Assembly (NCBI GenBank): GCA_951406725.2
Contig: OX597832.1
Span: forward strand, 63,922,001-63,986,000
Source: Octopus vulgaris
Taxonomy: Eukaryota
Length of the DNA stretch: 64,000 bases
Reading direction: 5' to 3'
Below the pieces are notes generated by a model, which was not told the DNA's origin, searched no databases, and saw nothing but the letters and a program-made list of their open reading frames with translations. Position numbers and translations under genes: made by a program. Below are positions 26,990 to 43,408 of this stretch, piece by piece (the stretch's first letter is position 1; each line of letters opens with the position of its first letter).

Positions 26990-27396
26990 CACTTACACAC
27001 TCCGAAGCCAATATCAAGCCATACTCATAAAGTAGATCGCAAAATAAATGCATTTAAATGAAACTTTCCTGGTCGCCGTAACATTAAGTCACTAACGTTA
27101 AGTCAAATCAACATAGTTGCCGGCTTCTGTGAATGCATATGTACTGTGATTTGTGCGTCAGTCTAAGTTGATTGAACTTCATTTATAACCATTTATTAAC
27201 GAAATTCTTGCTGATTTCTGTTTAATATTGATTTTAGGTTTCAGAATTTTGGTCTAATTGACTACAAGACTTTTGGCGTATAATTGTAATCACAGCCTAA
27301 TGGTCTACATTAATTCTCATTGGTAAAATTTTGCTTGTCGGAATGAAAAAATATCCCCCATAAACCAGCAGTTCATATGTTACGGCTATTATGTCC

Positions 27397-27455
<59 letters not shown>

Positions 27456-27580
27456 TAATAATAACATATTTTATCTGTGAATTTGCGTGTGTAATCTGGG
27501 AATGCATACCATGAGCTTCTCTGCCCTAGGTGTGCGGAAAACACTCAGCGAGAAACGGAAGAAAATTTGAAATAAGAAGG

Positions 27581-27661
<81 letters not shown>

Positions 27662-27665
<4 letters not shown>

Positions 27666-29165
27666 TTTTGGCACAAGGTCAACAATTTTCAGGGAGGGGG
27701 TAAATCAGTTACCTCGACCCAAGTATTCAACTGGTACATATTTAATCGACCCCGAAAGGATGAAAGGCAAAGTCGACGACGGAGGCATTTAAACTCAGAA
27801 CGTAAAGTCGGAACATTTTGTCCGGCATGCCGTCGATTCTGACATCTCGCTGCATTAATAATTAATGGTAATCCTTTTTATTATATGCACAAGACATTTT
27901 GCGGGATGGGCCAGTGGATCACATCGACCCGAGTACCTGACTGGTACTTTATTTCATCAACGCTTGAAGGAAAGAAACGCAAAATTGACCTCGGCGATAT
28001 TTCATTTCAGAATGTAAAGAGCCGGAAGAAATTCCGCTAAGCACTTTGTTCGGCGCGTTAACGATTTTGTTAGCTCACTGCCATTAAGAAAAGAATTCGG
28101 ACGCAGGCAACAGACCAGCAGTTTTGAAGGGAGGAGAATTAGTCAACGATTCCAGTGCTTGGTTGATATTTTATCGTCCCGAAGACAAAGTCGACATCGG
28201 CAGTGTTTGAACTCAGAAATACTGCAAGGCACAATAATAATAATAATGATGATAATAATAAGAATAACAATAATAATAACAATAATACTTTCTACTATGG
28301 GCACTAGGCCTGAAATTTTGGGGGACGGAAACCAGTCGATTACATCGACCCCGGTGTTTCACTGGTACTTAATTTATCGATCCCTGAAGGATGAAAAGCA
28401 AAGTCGACCTCGACGGAACGTAACAGCGGGCGAAATACCGCCATGCATTTCGCCCGGCGTGCTAACGATTCTGCCAGCTCGCCACCTTAATAATAATCCT
28501 TTCTACTAAAGGGACAAGGTCCGTAATTTTGGGGGCTAATCGATTACATTGATCCCAGTGCTCAACTGGTACTTATTTAATCGACTCCAGAAGCATGAAA
28601 GGCAAAAACAACCTCGGATAATAGTAATAATAAATAAAAAAAGAAATAATAATTATTGTTAAGACGGTGATGGATGAGAGAATCGGTAAGAAGTAGGTTG
28701 GTTGATTTGGAAATTTTCTGTCTCCAACCACCTTTCCCTGCACACATGATGCCTTGTTAGAGTTTAACAAATTCTTGTTCTATTATTGATGATAATGGTC
28801 ATGTTGATGCCTATGTTTATGACAATGATTGTTCATGACAGTGGGAAAATTATGATAACTTAGATCTGGACGAGAAAATCTAAATAAACTTTCGTCGTGA
28901 TTAATTCAATATAATGACTGCAGCGGGACGGAAACGACGAAGCCTGTAACCAAAAGAACAGTTTCTGGCGTCGGTGATAAGAGACGGGGGTTAATTAGTC
29001 AATTACACCAGCCTCAGTAGTTGTCTGGTACTTTGTTTTATCGCCTCTAGAGGGATGAAAAGCAAAGTTAATCTCAGCAAGATTTGATCTTAGACCTTAA
29101 AGAGCCGGAGCAAATTGTGCAAGTGAATCTGTCCAACGCTCTATTGACTCAGCCAATCCACCGCT
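27662..29165 (-). mobile_element. Tandem array of about 6 SINE family A copies
   Basis: Copies start near 27662, 27870, 28110, 28287, 28497 and 28962, all in the same orientation with AAT linkers. Confidence 0.9.
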
Positions 29166-29220
29166 CTATAAACTCTATCACCATCCCCTCAAAACTGCTG
29201 GCCTGGTGTCTGAAATAATG

Positions 29221-29802
<582 letters not shown>

Positions 29803-30768
29803 ACACCAGCAACTTCGAGAGGAAAAACTGCCCTTCCAGAATGGCTAGTGTTGCCATTTATAATCTGTTTCAATAATTTTTTCTGTTAACATTACATATT
29901 TCAGTTAATCTTCGATAATTGTTCGTTAACATTGGATATCTTCGTTAAGCTTGGGCATTTTTTTTATTAACCATGAACATCGTTAGTCTGTGATGTTTGA
30001 TGGCCGTTAATTTGACTTCCTCATCGTAAACTCCGATGTTTCTTGCATTAAGAAAGAAAACTCTTCACGTAATTTAAAAATCACTAACAATAATATTAAT
30101 GATGGTGATGATCATGATGATGACGATGATGATAAAAATGAGTAATATTTATGATACGAATGTAATGATGATGATGATGATGATGATAGTTACAACGATA
30201 GTATTAAAATAATAATATTAATGACAAAGATAATTATGGTGGTAGTTATGATGATAATAACAGAACTTATTAGAAGTGATAATTATAGTAGTAGTAATGA
30301 TGATAATAATAAGAGAACTTATTAGCAATAGTAGTAGTAGTAGTAGTAGATCATACCAATTGACATCTGAACAGCACGAAGGAGAAAAAAAAACAAAAAT
30401 GCAATATAAACCGAGAGAAGGAACTGAGATGAGTTGGCTGCCAGATTTCCAGAAAAAACATCAACAATAACAACAACAACAACAACAATAACAACAATAA
30501 CAAAGAAAATGAAATAAAAAAGAAAAAAATAATATTGGCAACACTGATTGTAAATTCAGCAAGTTCCTAACATCTTTCAACTACTTCCGGTACATCACTG
30601 CTCTCTCTCTCTCTTTCTCCCTCCGTCTCTCTCTCTCCCCTCCTCCTCTCTCTCTCTCGGTTTATGTCTTTCTATATCTCTGCTCCCACCCGCTTTCTAT
30701 GTATATCTCTCCATCTCTCGTCTCTCTCACACATCCTACAACTATACGTACGCCCTCACACAAAGCTG

Positions 30769-30827
<59 letters not shown>

Positions 30828-30861
30828 ACATATATATATACATATATATACATATATATAC

Positions 30862-30927
<66 letters not shown>

Positions 30928-30945
30928 CATATATATATGTATGTA

Positions 30946-31027
<82 letters not shown>

Positions 31028-31150
31028 ATTCCTATATGTGCATTTTTATATATATTCGTTTGTGTGTGTAAATAAATGTACATAACCCGACACATTCCAT
31101 CGTACCCAGCAAAACAAGCTGAGAGTTTTCTCAAATAATAGTAATAGCAA

Positions 31151-31360
31151 CCCTTTCTACTATTGGCACAAGGTCTGAAATTCTGGGGAGAAGGGGCCAG
31201 TCGATTACATCGACCCACCAGTGCTTCACTGTTTCTTATTTCATCGACCCCGAAAGGATGATAAGCAAAGTCAACTTCGGTAGAATTTGAACTCAGAACG
31301 TAAAGTCGGAAGAAATTCCGCTAAGTATTTTGTTCGGCGCACTAACAATTCATCAAATTG
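31151..31360 (-). mobile_element. SINE family A copy
   Basis: Full consensus match flanked by AAT repeats. Confidence 0.85.
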
Positions 31361-31369
31361 GTTATCTCC

Positions 31370-31426
<57 letters not shown>

Positions 31427-32691
31427 TTTTCTAACGTATAAAATTGCCATCAATGCTTTGCTTTTGTTGTTGGAGTTTAGCGATATGTTAACGGCGAGCA
31501 ATTCGCTGCATAATTCAATGGGTCATCCACTTTTAACGCCGTAGTGTATAATTTGATGGCTATTTAGTTGTTATTTCCTGCAGCCAGAGTAACCTCATAG
31601 TGAAACCTCATCGTCTGGAAAGGATTGGTTTTAAATTAGTTTCGTGTAGTGAGAAGAGGAAATATGTCACGCGTAGTGACTCTCCATGTTGGTTCGTTGG
31701 TTTTTTAAAAAAAGTGTTTCAGTGATTTTATGAGGCAGACATCTTCATAAAATATTTTCGTTTCAGCGAATTGACTTTAGTTGATGTCTACCAACACTTA
31801 TCATCTGGAATGTTGATGAATTCTACGATACTTGCTCCAGAGAATTTGTGAACACACACACACACACACATTCTTCAAATTCTCTGATTCAAATGTGCGT
31901 GCGAGTATATATATATATATATATATATGCATGTGTATGTATATATATCTGTGTGTGTGTATTCATTCAGTTTCTCTGGAATAAATATACTTTGTGTATA
32001 TTGTGTGTGTTTGTGTGTATATTATTTTGTTTATACAAAAGAATTTCTTATCCGTTCGTCTGTTCAAAACGAACAATATTTCTTTTTCACTTGTCAAATA
32101 AGGATTTGACCAATTCAAATTGAATAAGACACAAAAATCAAATTGTTCTCCTGTAAGACCATTCTTCCTCACACACACGCACACACACCCTTATATATCA
32201 TACAAAAGAAAAATACCAAAACAAAACAAAAAACAACCCCAAAACAAAATAAAAAAATAACTTGAACCGATGATCGAATAAATTTTGGAGATTAAAAACA
32301 AAAATCTATCGTATGACATGGCAAAGGTTAGTAGTTTATTGTAAGTGAAATTAATGTCAAGAAATAAACGGTAAATTCCTCCGCCACCCTTCCAGGAACC
32401 GCACCATCTTCGAATATATTTCTCAGTCCAACCCGCTCCCATACTCACTCACTCACCCCTTTATACGCACCCACTTGATCACACAAGCTCATTCAAACAC
32501 ACGCACACACACACATACACACACACACACACACGCACACACAAACACACACACACACATTGTGTCTCACTTTTAAATTCTCTTTCTCCGATTCTATTCT
32601 AGTTTAACTCTTTTTTTTTTTACTTTTTCGTCAATCTATAAAATACATTCCTCCTACTCTTACATCAACCCTTCATACCACCACCACCACC

Positions 32692-32747
<56 letters not shown>

Positions 32748-32878
32748 AACCACTACTACTACTACTAAACCACTAATACTACTACAACCACTACTATCAC
32801 TACCACCGCCGCCACCATCATCACTGCCACTACAGCTTCTACCACCACGACCATCACCACCATGACCACCACCGCTAT

Positions 32879-32929
<51 letters not shown>

Positions 32930-33428
32930 CACCACCACCACCACCACCACAGCTCATTCTCATTCTCTTACTGCTACTCTTCTTGTATCTCTTGCATCTG
33001 TTTCTGCTTCTATTTCTTTTACTTCTCTTTCACAATCCTCTTTCTTTGTGCGTGCGTTTTGTATATTTTACACACACACACACACACTCACGTATTTTAT
33101 ACATATATAACTGCGCACACATATTTACATATAAATATATATATACATACATATATACATATATATATATATTACATACGCACATGTATACGTGCTCTTC
33201 ATCATGTCTATCTGTTACACACACACAGGTTTGCACGCCCGTGTGTGTGTGTGTGTGTGTGTGCGTGTGTGTAAGCGTTTCAGTTGTTTCATTTACGTTA
33301 TTTCCACTATCATCATCAACAACAACAACATATTACTCTTAAATAGACGCTAAGAAAATAGTTAATAAAAATCGAATAGACAAATATCGATTAGTTTGCA
33401 AAACTGATTCGATTCTCAAAACTGATTA

Positions 33429-33479
<51 letters not shown>

Positions 33480-33581
33480 GTGTTAGTATTATTGTTGTTG
33501 TTGTTTTGTTTCCTCAATTTTGGTGATTTTATTACTCGACTTTTATTAGTTTCCCCCCATTGTGTGTATATATGCAAATAC

Positions 33582-33650
<69 letters not shown>

Positions 33651-34389
33651 GTGCATGTGTGAATGTATGTGCGTACACATATACACAGAAATCCATATAT
33701 GCGTATATAGTTAAATACTTTACACACACATTATCTATCTATCTATCATCTAGAGGAGGGAGTGAGGGAATGGGGAGAGTTACGCATCTATACATAGTTC
33801 ACACGCACACAGATAATAGCTTCATACTCCCCCCCTGTTTCTATGTTAAATTACGTACACTTATGTACGAAAAATCATTTAAGCAGACGTATATACGCAT
33901 ATCTATATATTCCCTGTTACCCACCAACTCACCTACACTAAAACACACACACACACACACACACAAACACATGCGTACAATGATAGTCATACGCATCCGT
34001 ATATATATATATATATATATATATATACGCATACACACTGTCGATAAGTACTAACGTGACAAATTAATAGAAATATCTTTTGTTTGGTTGTTGAAGTATT
34101 GCTTTATTTCCCATCGTATCAATATCTCAATGGGAATTTCTCATCGAATCTGATGATCGATTCAGTAAGAATTAATACCGCAATAAAGATTGGTGCGGCC
34201 CAACTGGAACTCAAAGGTTTGGTAAGAACACAAAAACGTTGTCCTCGAGGGGGTTATTGCCCTCATTGTCGATTAAGACAATACAACAGCATAGACTGAC
34301 TGACTAGCGCAGCAACGAAACAATTAAAATTAAAATAATAATTTTTCTTGTTATTTCTTTCCCAATTTTGTTCAATAATAATAATAACA

Positions 34390-34805
34390 TTTGGCTCAAG
34401 GCCAACAGCTTTAGGGAAGGAATAAGTGGATTACATCGACCCCAGTATGCAGTTGGTACTAATCGACCCCGAAAAGATGGAAAGCAAAGTTGTCTTCAGC
34501 TGGGTTTGAACTCAGAATGTAAAGAACGAGAATAGACACTGCAAGGCATTTTGTTTGACGCTCTAACGATTCTGCCAGCTCGCCGCCTTAATAATGATTT
34601 CTAATTTAAGCACAAAGTCTGTAATTTCGAAGAGAGGGGTTGTTAATCAACGACATCGATTCCAGTGCTTGACTGGTACTTTATTTTATCGACCCCAAAA
34701 GGATGAAAAGCAAAGCTGACATCGGTGGGATTTGAAACCGGAATATAAAGGGTCGGAAGAAATACTGCTAAGCATTTTGTCCGACGCTCTAACGTTTCTG
34801 CCAAA
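34390..34805 (-). mobile_element. Two tandem SINE family A copies
   Basis: Copies at 34390-34590 and 34598-34805. Confidence 0.85.
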
Positions 34806-35149
34806 GACGTCGTACTGGAAACCACTAGAAGCGTGTAAGGCAAGAGAATATATATCAACTAACTGCAGAAAATATGGATACTGGGACAAAACATTTGCGA
34901 ATTATCTTTCGTTGGGAGGAAAAGCTTGAATACCAAAGAATACAATAGGCATGGCAGACTTGGGATTTTCATAAAATAGAAGTTTTACCTTCATTACGAA
35001 ACATCAATCAAAGAAGGGGCAGTTATAAATAGTATAAACAAAAAGCAAATAGAATCTCAGCGAATGGCAAAACGGCTATAAAGTGTGATATGCCATTCCA
35101 TTTAGACTGGGATGTCAAGATTACTCCGTCAGATACAGTTATTGAGGAC

Positions 35150-35388
35150 CAACTGTAAAAGAAGTTCGGAAAACGAAGTAATAATCCCAACAGACGATAA
35201 TGTATTTTCTAAAACAAACGAGGAAATTATCAAAATATATTATCTGAGGCCAAGACTTGGAAAAAAAACCCTCAATATTTTGTTCAGTGAATGATTAAAA
35301 TCAAACACAACGAAAGACAAATACTTAGCAAAAACCTCACAGCTTAGAAATATGTACTACAAAGAGAAGTTAGCACTGCTCGGCATTA

Positions 35389-35459
<71 letters not shown>

Positions 35460-37130
35460 ACACACACACACATAACATACTTTCGATACAAAAGGAACCA
35501 TAAAATCAAGACAAAACACTGCTTGCACAAGACACGCAGTGTTACCCCGCTTAGTGATATATTGAAAGTACATAAAAAGTCTACTGAAAATAATAGGAAA
35601 ATATTGGAGGCCGTTTATCACGAAGTATCACTATTCGACCGTTCCGGTAAATATCTGTAAATATAGTTAAATAATTTAAATGGGGGGTAAAAACCTCCGA
35701 AAATGTTCAAAGGTAAATCTTGTAAACTTTGATAAAAATTAATTTACAAGTGCTTCAAGTGGCCGATGTTCTGACACTACCCTCACTAAGTCAGGTCAAC
35801 AGGAGACCGTCTCCACCGCCTCCCCATAAACGAAACCAGAAACATTACAAATAAAAACAGCATTGCTCAAATGTAGGTTGATAAAGGAAAACCTAATTTG
35901 AACTTGATATTTAAAAAGTGCGAAGGATACAACGTTCAAAACTCGACTTCGCCAGAGACAACGCGATATCCCACAAAATCGAAGCAAATAAATTAAGAGA
36001 GCTGTTTGCATATATTACACCCGCAGTCTATTTCAAAACGAGGCTGGCAACACTCGCGAATACAACTTGGAGAAAAAATAAACTATGAACTAAAAGTTTG
36101 TATCTCTATTAACCTTATAATTTAAGAAGACAAATTCTCAAAAGTACAAAATATCAGAAATAGAATTCTGAAAATAAATGATACATAACAAAAACACAAA
36201 CAACAAATACAAAACAAACAAGAAAAACAATTATATTATAAAGGTAAACCGGAAAAATTGTCCGAACAAGTACTAAACAAATGAAATATAAAAAGAAAAA
36301 CAAGTTACAATGAAATCAAGCCTAGAAAAGCCATCGAATAGCAAGAAACCAAAATATAGATACGTGAGTATATGAAATATATTTTAATGTAGAAAATTCT
36401 GACGATGGAAATAATATATGAATCTAAAGGGGGAACTAATTAAGCTTTTTGATCTGTGGATCTTTGTAGGGGCCAATTAAAGTATCTTATAGGGATAAAA
36501 CAACGTTTGAACTAGCAACAAATATCGCAAACCTTGCTCCCACAGACTTAATGAAAACATACACGAACATAAATATAACCAGGTCAAACGAAATAATATA
36601 AGCAGCAGCAGCAGCAGTAGCAGCTGTACTTACGAAGGAAAGTGGATAATCCCTTAAATTTATTTGTATATCAATATTAAAGCCCAAGCAAACATGGAAA
36701 GCAGATACCAAAAGATAGAAAATAAAAGGATGTTTAGTATTGGTGAAAAAGACAAAATGTACATGATTATGGAGAAAATCATCAGAATTCCCAAAACTAA
36801 AGACACGGTAAACCCTAAAACTTACCCATAACCTGCTTTTCTACAATTTACAAAGCTTTATCTGCAATAATATCGCAGAGGGTAACTACAAATATGGAAA
36901 AAAATCTTGTTTCCCTAAAAGCAAAGGCGATGTTGGAAAAGCTTGTATGATTGTAAAGATCAGTTACTAATCAGAAATATTAGAAACGAAGATTGTACTG
37001 AGAGAAAGAGAAGTCTGGGAATGGCATAGATTGAATACCAGAAGTCTTTTACCAAAATTCATCATACGTGAGTCTCTAAAAGATTAACCATGAGTAAAAA
37101 TCATTACCCGTTGATATATTTCGCTGTGAA
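35150..37130 (+). pseudogene. Heavily decayed R4/Dong-like non-LTR retrotransposon, N-terminal region to RT
   Basis: 36787-37075 translates with frameshifts and stops to IPKTKDTVNPKTY/PITCFSTIYKALSAIISQRV...YDCKDQLLI...GMA*IEYQKSF, matching R4-clade RT motifs (YRPITCL..YK, GCKDQLLI, MAWIDY.KAFD). The 5' boundary is uncertain. Confidence 0.7.
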
Positions 37131-37199
37131 ACTAACAGTTGCAATATGATTGACCGAATATTCAGCTTTTAAATAAACTACAAAGTTTTTCACCCAGCA

Positions 37200-37386
37200 C
37201 TGCCGTGAATATTCTCCAAAAGTGTTTTTTTATTCTCCCTCTGTTTATTTCCTCGTGTTCCTTTCTGTTGAAGAGCGTAGGCTCGAAACGCAAAAGACTT
37301 CCTCACCTTCCCGAGCGTCAAACTATTACACCGGCTTGTTGTTTATATACCGGTCTTCGTCTTTTGTTTTTCTGGAAATTTCAGCT
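37200..37386 (+). mobile_element. Penelope-type terminal fragment with a degenerate minimal hammerhead motif, ending in (TA)n
   Basis: TTGAAGA-GCGTAGGCTC-GAAA-CG-CA at about 37267-37292. Confidence 0.45.
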
Positions 37387-37676
37387 ATATATATATATAT
37401 ATATAAATATACCATGAGGTTAGATAAAAATGCTGCCCTCGTTAGTTTCATTAAAACATATGCTCTCCCAACTGCGACGTCTGTTTTCTACAAAAGTTTT
37501 GTTTTTTTAATTCCAATGATCAGTTATCAAAATTTTTCTAACTCACTGTAATACATAGATGGAACTCTAACTTGTGTCGAAGAGCGTTGTGTATATCTAC
37601 ACGTGTTTTTGTATAAACGTGTGTGTGTATGCATGCTAAGATATATGTGTATAAGTATGTGTGTATGTGTATGTTA

Positions 37677-37717
<41 letters not shown>

Positions 37718-37759
37718 ATTTCTGCATATACGGGACTTGTGTGAGAGCTTATTTCTATG

Positions 37760-37827
<68 letters not shown>

Positions 37828-38258
37828 CAAATATATATTTATATTTGTGTACACATCTATTCAGTTAAATCGATAAAAGGAGTTACAAGACAAACGTACA
37901 CTTAGACACATCGAGAAGATGACAAATTGAACGAAAGACAAATAAATGGCAATAAATGGCAAGATTGATATGTTATTCCAGTGGGAGATAGACGCTGAAT
38001 CGAAGTATCGATGATGAAAATAAACAGAGAAGCAGTTCGATAAATCAATTGATAAATAGATCGGAAAACAATAGTGATTGACACAATGAATAGATAAATC
38101 AAATGGCAGATAGTTAGCGAGACGAACGGCAGAAGTGTTTATAGATAAACTGGTGATTGTAGAGCGTTGTGAGGTTGAGATTCGTTGGAGATTGTTGGAT
38201 ATCGATGAATAAAATGTGTAAATGGATGAACAAAATAGATAGTGGGCAGTAAAATAAA

Positions 38259-38329
<71 letters not shown>

Positions 38330-38340
38330 GTACAAATGTA

Positions 38341-38526
38341 TATGTATATATGTGCACATATATAAATATATACGTATATATGTGTATATATATAAATATA
38401 TACGTATATATGTGTATATATATAAATATATACGTATATATGTCTACATATATAAATATATACGTATATGTGTGTATATATATAAATATATACGTATATA
38501 TGCGTATATATATAAATATATATGTA
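38341..38526. repeat. 30-bp minisatellite, about 6 units, built from (TA)n
   Basis: Unit tacgtatatatgtgtatatatataaatata repeats with period 30. Confidence 0.9.
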
Positions 38527-38799
38527 TTTATTAATGTATAAATATATGTATATATATATATATATATGTACAAATATACGTGTATATATATATATATATG
38601 AATAAATATATGTGTAAATATGTGTGTATATATATGTATGTATGTGTGTATATATATGTACATATATATGTATAAATATATATGTATATATATATACATA
38701 TGTATAAATATGTATGTGTGTATATATATGTGCATATATATGTATAAATACATATGTATATATATATATGTGCATATATATACGCATAAATATATATGC

Positions 38800-38840
<41 letters not shown>

Positions 38841-38922
38841 AATATATGTATATACATATAAATGTATATATATGTGTGTGTGTGTGTATAATATGTATAT
38901 ATATATATGTGTATAATATATG

Positions 38923-38982
<60 letters not shown>

Positions 38983-39083
38983 TATACATATGTATAAATA
39001 TATACGTATAATATATGTTTAGATATATATGTATATATATATATATACGCATGCATATATATTTGTGCACATATATATGTGTT

Positions 39084-39143
<60 letters not shown>

Positions 39144-39174
39144 TATAGATATATATAATGTTACGTTTTATATT

Positions 39175-39580
39175 AGGCGCAGGTATGGCTGTGTGGTTAA
39201 AAAGCGCGCTTTGCAACAACGTGGTTTCAGATTCAATCCCACAGCATGGAATCTTGTGGAAATGTGTTCTGCTATAGCCCCGGGACGGCTAATGCTTTTC
39301 AAATGAATATGGTTGATGGAATATGGTAGACGGAAACTGTGTAGAACCCCGTTGTGTATATTTATGTGTATGTGTGTATGCTTGTGTTACCGAGCTTATA
39401 AATTCGTTAGCGCGTCCAGCTCTTTACGTTCTGAGTTCAAATCTTCTCAAAATCGACCTCGCGTTCATCTTTTGGGAGTCGATCAAATGAGTACCAGCCG
39501 AACACTGGGTTCGATATAATCGACTGGTCCCTCCCTACCAAATTTCAGGGCCTGTGCCTATAAGAGAAAGAATTACTATT
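39175..39580 (+). mobile_element. SINE family B head (39175-39385) fused to a plus-strand SINE family A body (39405-39580)
   Basis: ggcgcaggtatggctgtgtggttaa...ggtagacggaaactg is followed by cgttctgagttcaaatc...aatttcagggcctgtgcctataagagaaagaatt. Confidence 0.75.
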
Positions 39581-39982
39581 ATATCAAATAACAGATAAAT
39601 TTCTGTCTACTCAGAAAATTCATTTTAATTTCTGTGTATCTGCCATTTTCTATGCAACATTTCGACGAGTGTATCCTCTAGTAATGATACAGACACACAC
39701 AAACAACAACGACAAGGATTTGCTTCCAGCTTTTCATTCTTCGGTCGTAGTAAACCATAGAAAGTTTTTTCCGTATTCTCTCCCTTATGTCTATCTCTAC
39801 ACATTCACCCCATCTATGCGTGCGCACACACACACACACACACACACATATATACATAACGTTTGCAATAAGATCTGTTTGTCTAACGCTGAACTTGCTA
39901 GTCTTATGAAATATCATGGCCGCATTTACTAAACCAAAAGATAGCTGTCTCCTATAAAGAAGTAGCATCCCCCCACACACAG

Positions 39983-40049
<67 letters not shown>

Positions 40050-40207
40050 AATAAAAGTATACTAGCATGAAAACTCGCAAACATGTATATATAAATAGAT
40101 ATGAACACACAGAGACATACAAATGCATTTTTAATAATATACATACATACATGTATGCATATACATAGATATATGTATAACCATATATACATATACATAT
40201 ACATATA

Positions 40208-40267
<60 letters not shown>

Positions 40268-40672
40268 GTGTGTGTGTGTATATATATATATATGTATACA
40301 CATACACACACGTTTATACGTCTGTGTATAATGCCATATATATGTCTGTGTATATACATGTCTGTATACATATACTTAGATACATGTGAATATATGCATT
40401 TGCATAAAATATGTATATATTCATGCACACACACAAACATAGATCTACACCCCAGTTCTTTGACACTATTGGCAGGGAAACACGCACTAATTGATACCGT
40501 ACACACAACTAAAGCCTATTGTAACAGACAGTCCATCTCAGTGACAATCACTCCTTGCCAAAATAATTCCCGTTTGGCCTCCAATTGCATATATTCTTCG
40601 TAAACCTACCAATTCTATAAGCACACACGCAATATAAACATATTAAAAGTATTATACACACACATAAAATCA

Positions 40673-40733
<61 letters not shown>

Positions 40734-41152
40734 GCAAAATTTGAAAAAGAATGTTTTAAATTAAAAATGATATCTTAATATAAAAAGAGATTAACACAGT
40801 CACGTGTTAGACTGCTTTCAATTTTTTTAATATAAATTATTTTTAATTTAAAAATGACATTTTTCAAACATTGTGACTGTATTAAGAAAAATATACAGTC
40901 GCTCATATCTATAACAGCTCTTTCTAACTCACACTCACACACACTCAGAAAATAAACATGTTTAGAAAAATATAGTCAAGAAAACCCGTAAATTTCCATT
41001 AAAAACATATGTAACATTTTAAGTTATATGAGTGAACATTATTATACATAAGGATATACAACATTTCATCTGCAGAATATCACACAAATTAAGCATATAT
41101 TTAATACTCACATACAAATACATACATGCACACTGCTTGTTGTAACATATGC

Positions 41153-41183
<31 letters not shown>

Positions 41184-41322
41184 TGTATGTATGTATGTAT
41201 GTATGCACATATATATATATAAATATATATATACAAACACATATGCATTTACATATATATATATATACACACACACACATATATACATATACATATATAT
41301 ATATATATATATATATTGCTGT

Positions 41323-41551
41323 GTCATTCCGTTTCAGTGCCTTATAATTTAGCACATGCACCGGTAAAGTTTCGACTCATTTTCTTAATTATTTTTCTAA
41401 AATTTTCATCGCGTCTTGCAATCTTTTCAATAGACAAAGATTATTGAAAACGTTGTAAGACGCAACGAAAATTTTAGAAAAATAAATAAGTAAATGAGTG
41501 GAAACTTTACCAGTGGGTGTGTTAAATTATAAGGCACTAAAAGAGAATGAC
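41323..41551. repeat. Near-perfect palindrome of about 230 bp: two head-to-head arms, each starting with a hammerhead-like motif
   Basis: gtcattc..ttcagtgccttataatttagcaca...ttttcaata-gacaaagat-tattgaaaa...tgtgttaaattataaggcactaaa..gaatgac. Confidence 0.9.
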
Positions 41552-41791
41552 TCTCTCCAGACAACAAAATATGCTTCAACACATGAACTCACATAAAGAA
41601 ACTTGCAAACAAACTCCCAAAACAATATATATATATATATATATATATATGTGGAATGTATAAATATAAATATATATATGTATATATATATATACGTATA
41701 AATATAAATAAATATAGATATATGCATGAATATATATAAATATATGTGTATATATAAATATATATATGCATAAATAAATATAAATATACGC

Positions 41792-41844
<53 letters not shown>

Positions 41845-42499
41845 TAAATATACGCATATATATATGTGTGTATAAATAAATATAAATATATACATATATA
41901 TATATGTATAAATAAATATATGCATATATATATGTATAAATATATATATGCATATGATATGTATATGTATAAATATATATATACATATATATAAATATAT
42001 ATCTATTAATATATATATAAATATATACGTGTATATATATATGTACATATAGATAATCTTATGTTGTACCGGATATTACAAATAATCTTGTAAGTTTATG
42101 ATAGTATATACATGCACACATACTTGCAAAACAACTCGATATCCTGATATATATATATATATACAAAGATCGATATGTATAGAAGCGAACACACATATAA
42201 AGAAAGTTACATGTGTATGTGTGGATTCTGTACACATATATTTATATACACGTAAACACATATGTCTGGGCGCAAGTATGTGTGGACGTATAAAAAAAGT
42301 CATGTTGCTCCACAGAATTGAAAGAAAAGCATAAATATGAGTATAAAACTGATGAGCTAAAGTTAAACCATAATTAAAGTTCACCAATATCATGGAAGAC
42401 AAACTGAATAAGAAATGATGTGCTTTAACATTCCCTTACTCGTACACACATATATAGATACACACACACACTTACAAACTCACAACACGCGCACACAGG

Positions 42500-42568
<69 letters not shown>

Positions 42569-42704
42569 CATATATATATAATGCGTAAGCCAAAACAACT
42601 AAATGATAGGAATTAACATAACAGCGGAAACAAACAGCAAAGATGAAACAAAGTTGAAAGATTAAACAGAAAATAACCGAAATCACGATAAGGGGAAAAC
42701 GAAA

Positions 42705-42851
<147 letters not shown>

Positions 42852-43306
42852 CGAATTAATTATGAAGCAAATGAAAACTCGCACACAAATACTAAGGCAG
42901 CAAAATGAATGAATAAATGAAGGGAAAGACAATAATATAACTGAAAATTAAACAAGATGTAAGAAATGAAATAAGAAGGAAATAATATAACAAAAGAACC
43001 GAAGGCGGGGAAAAAGTAAAGATGAAAGTAACAAGAATGAAGATAAATAATAGACTAAAGGAGATGAGAGATTAGAGGACACAGTGTCTCTAAGCAGAAG
43101 TGTCACCAACCTGAGAGAAGTCCAAAGTAGGCGTTAGAGTGTCCGCTATGTTATCTGCTTGGTCATCGGAACACGTATTTACTGGAAGAAAGGCCTGAAC
43201 AGAGGAGAAGAATCAAAACGAACATCATACCCGTAAACGGAGATTGTGTGTAAAGACAATAATTGTTCATCATATATTTTTTATATAGAGTGTATGTATG
43301 TGTGCA

Positions 43307-43352
<46 letters not shown>

Positions 43353-43369
43353 AATCCACACGCATATGT

Positions 43370-43408
<39 letters not shown>

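Noticed and set aside
32191-32448. Minus-strand ORF MSMGAGWTEKYIRRW...
   Set aside because: No convincing splice signals or homology, and it runs into T-rich low-complexity sequence.
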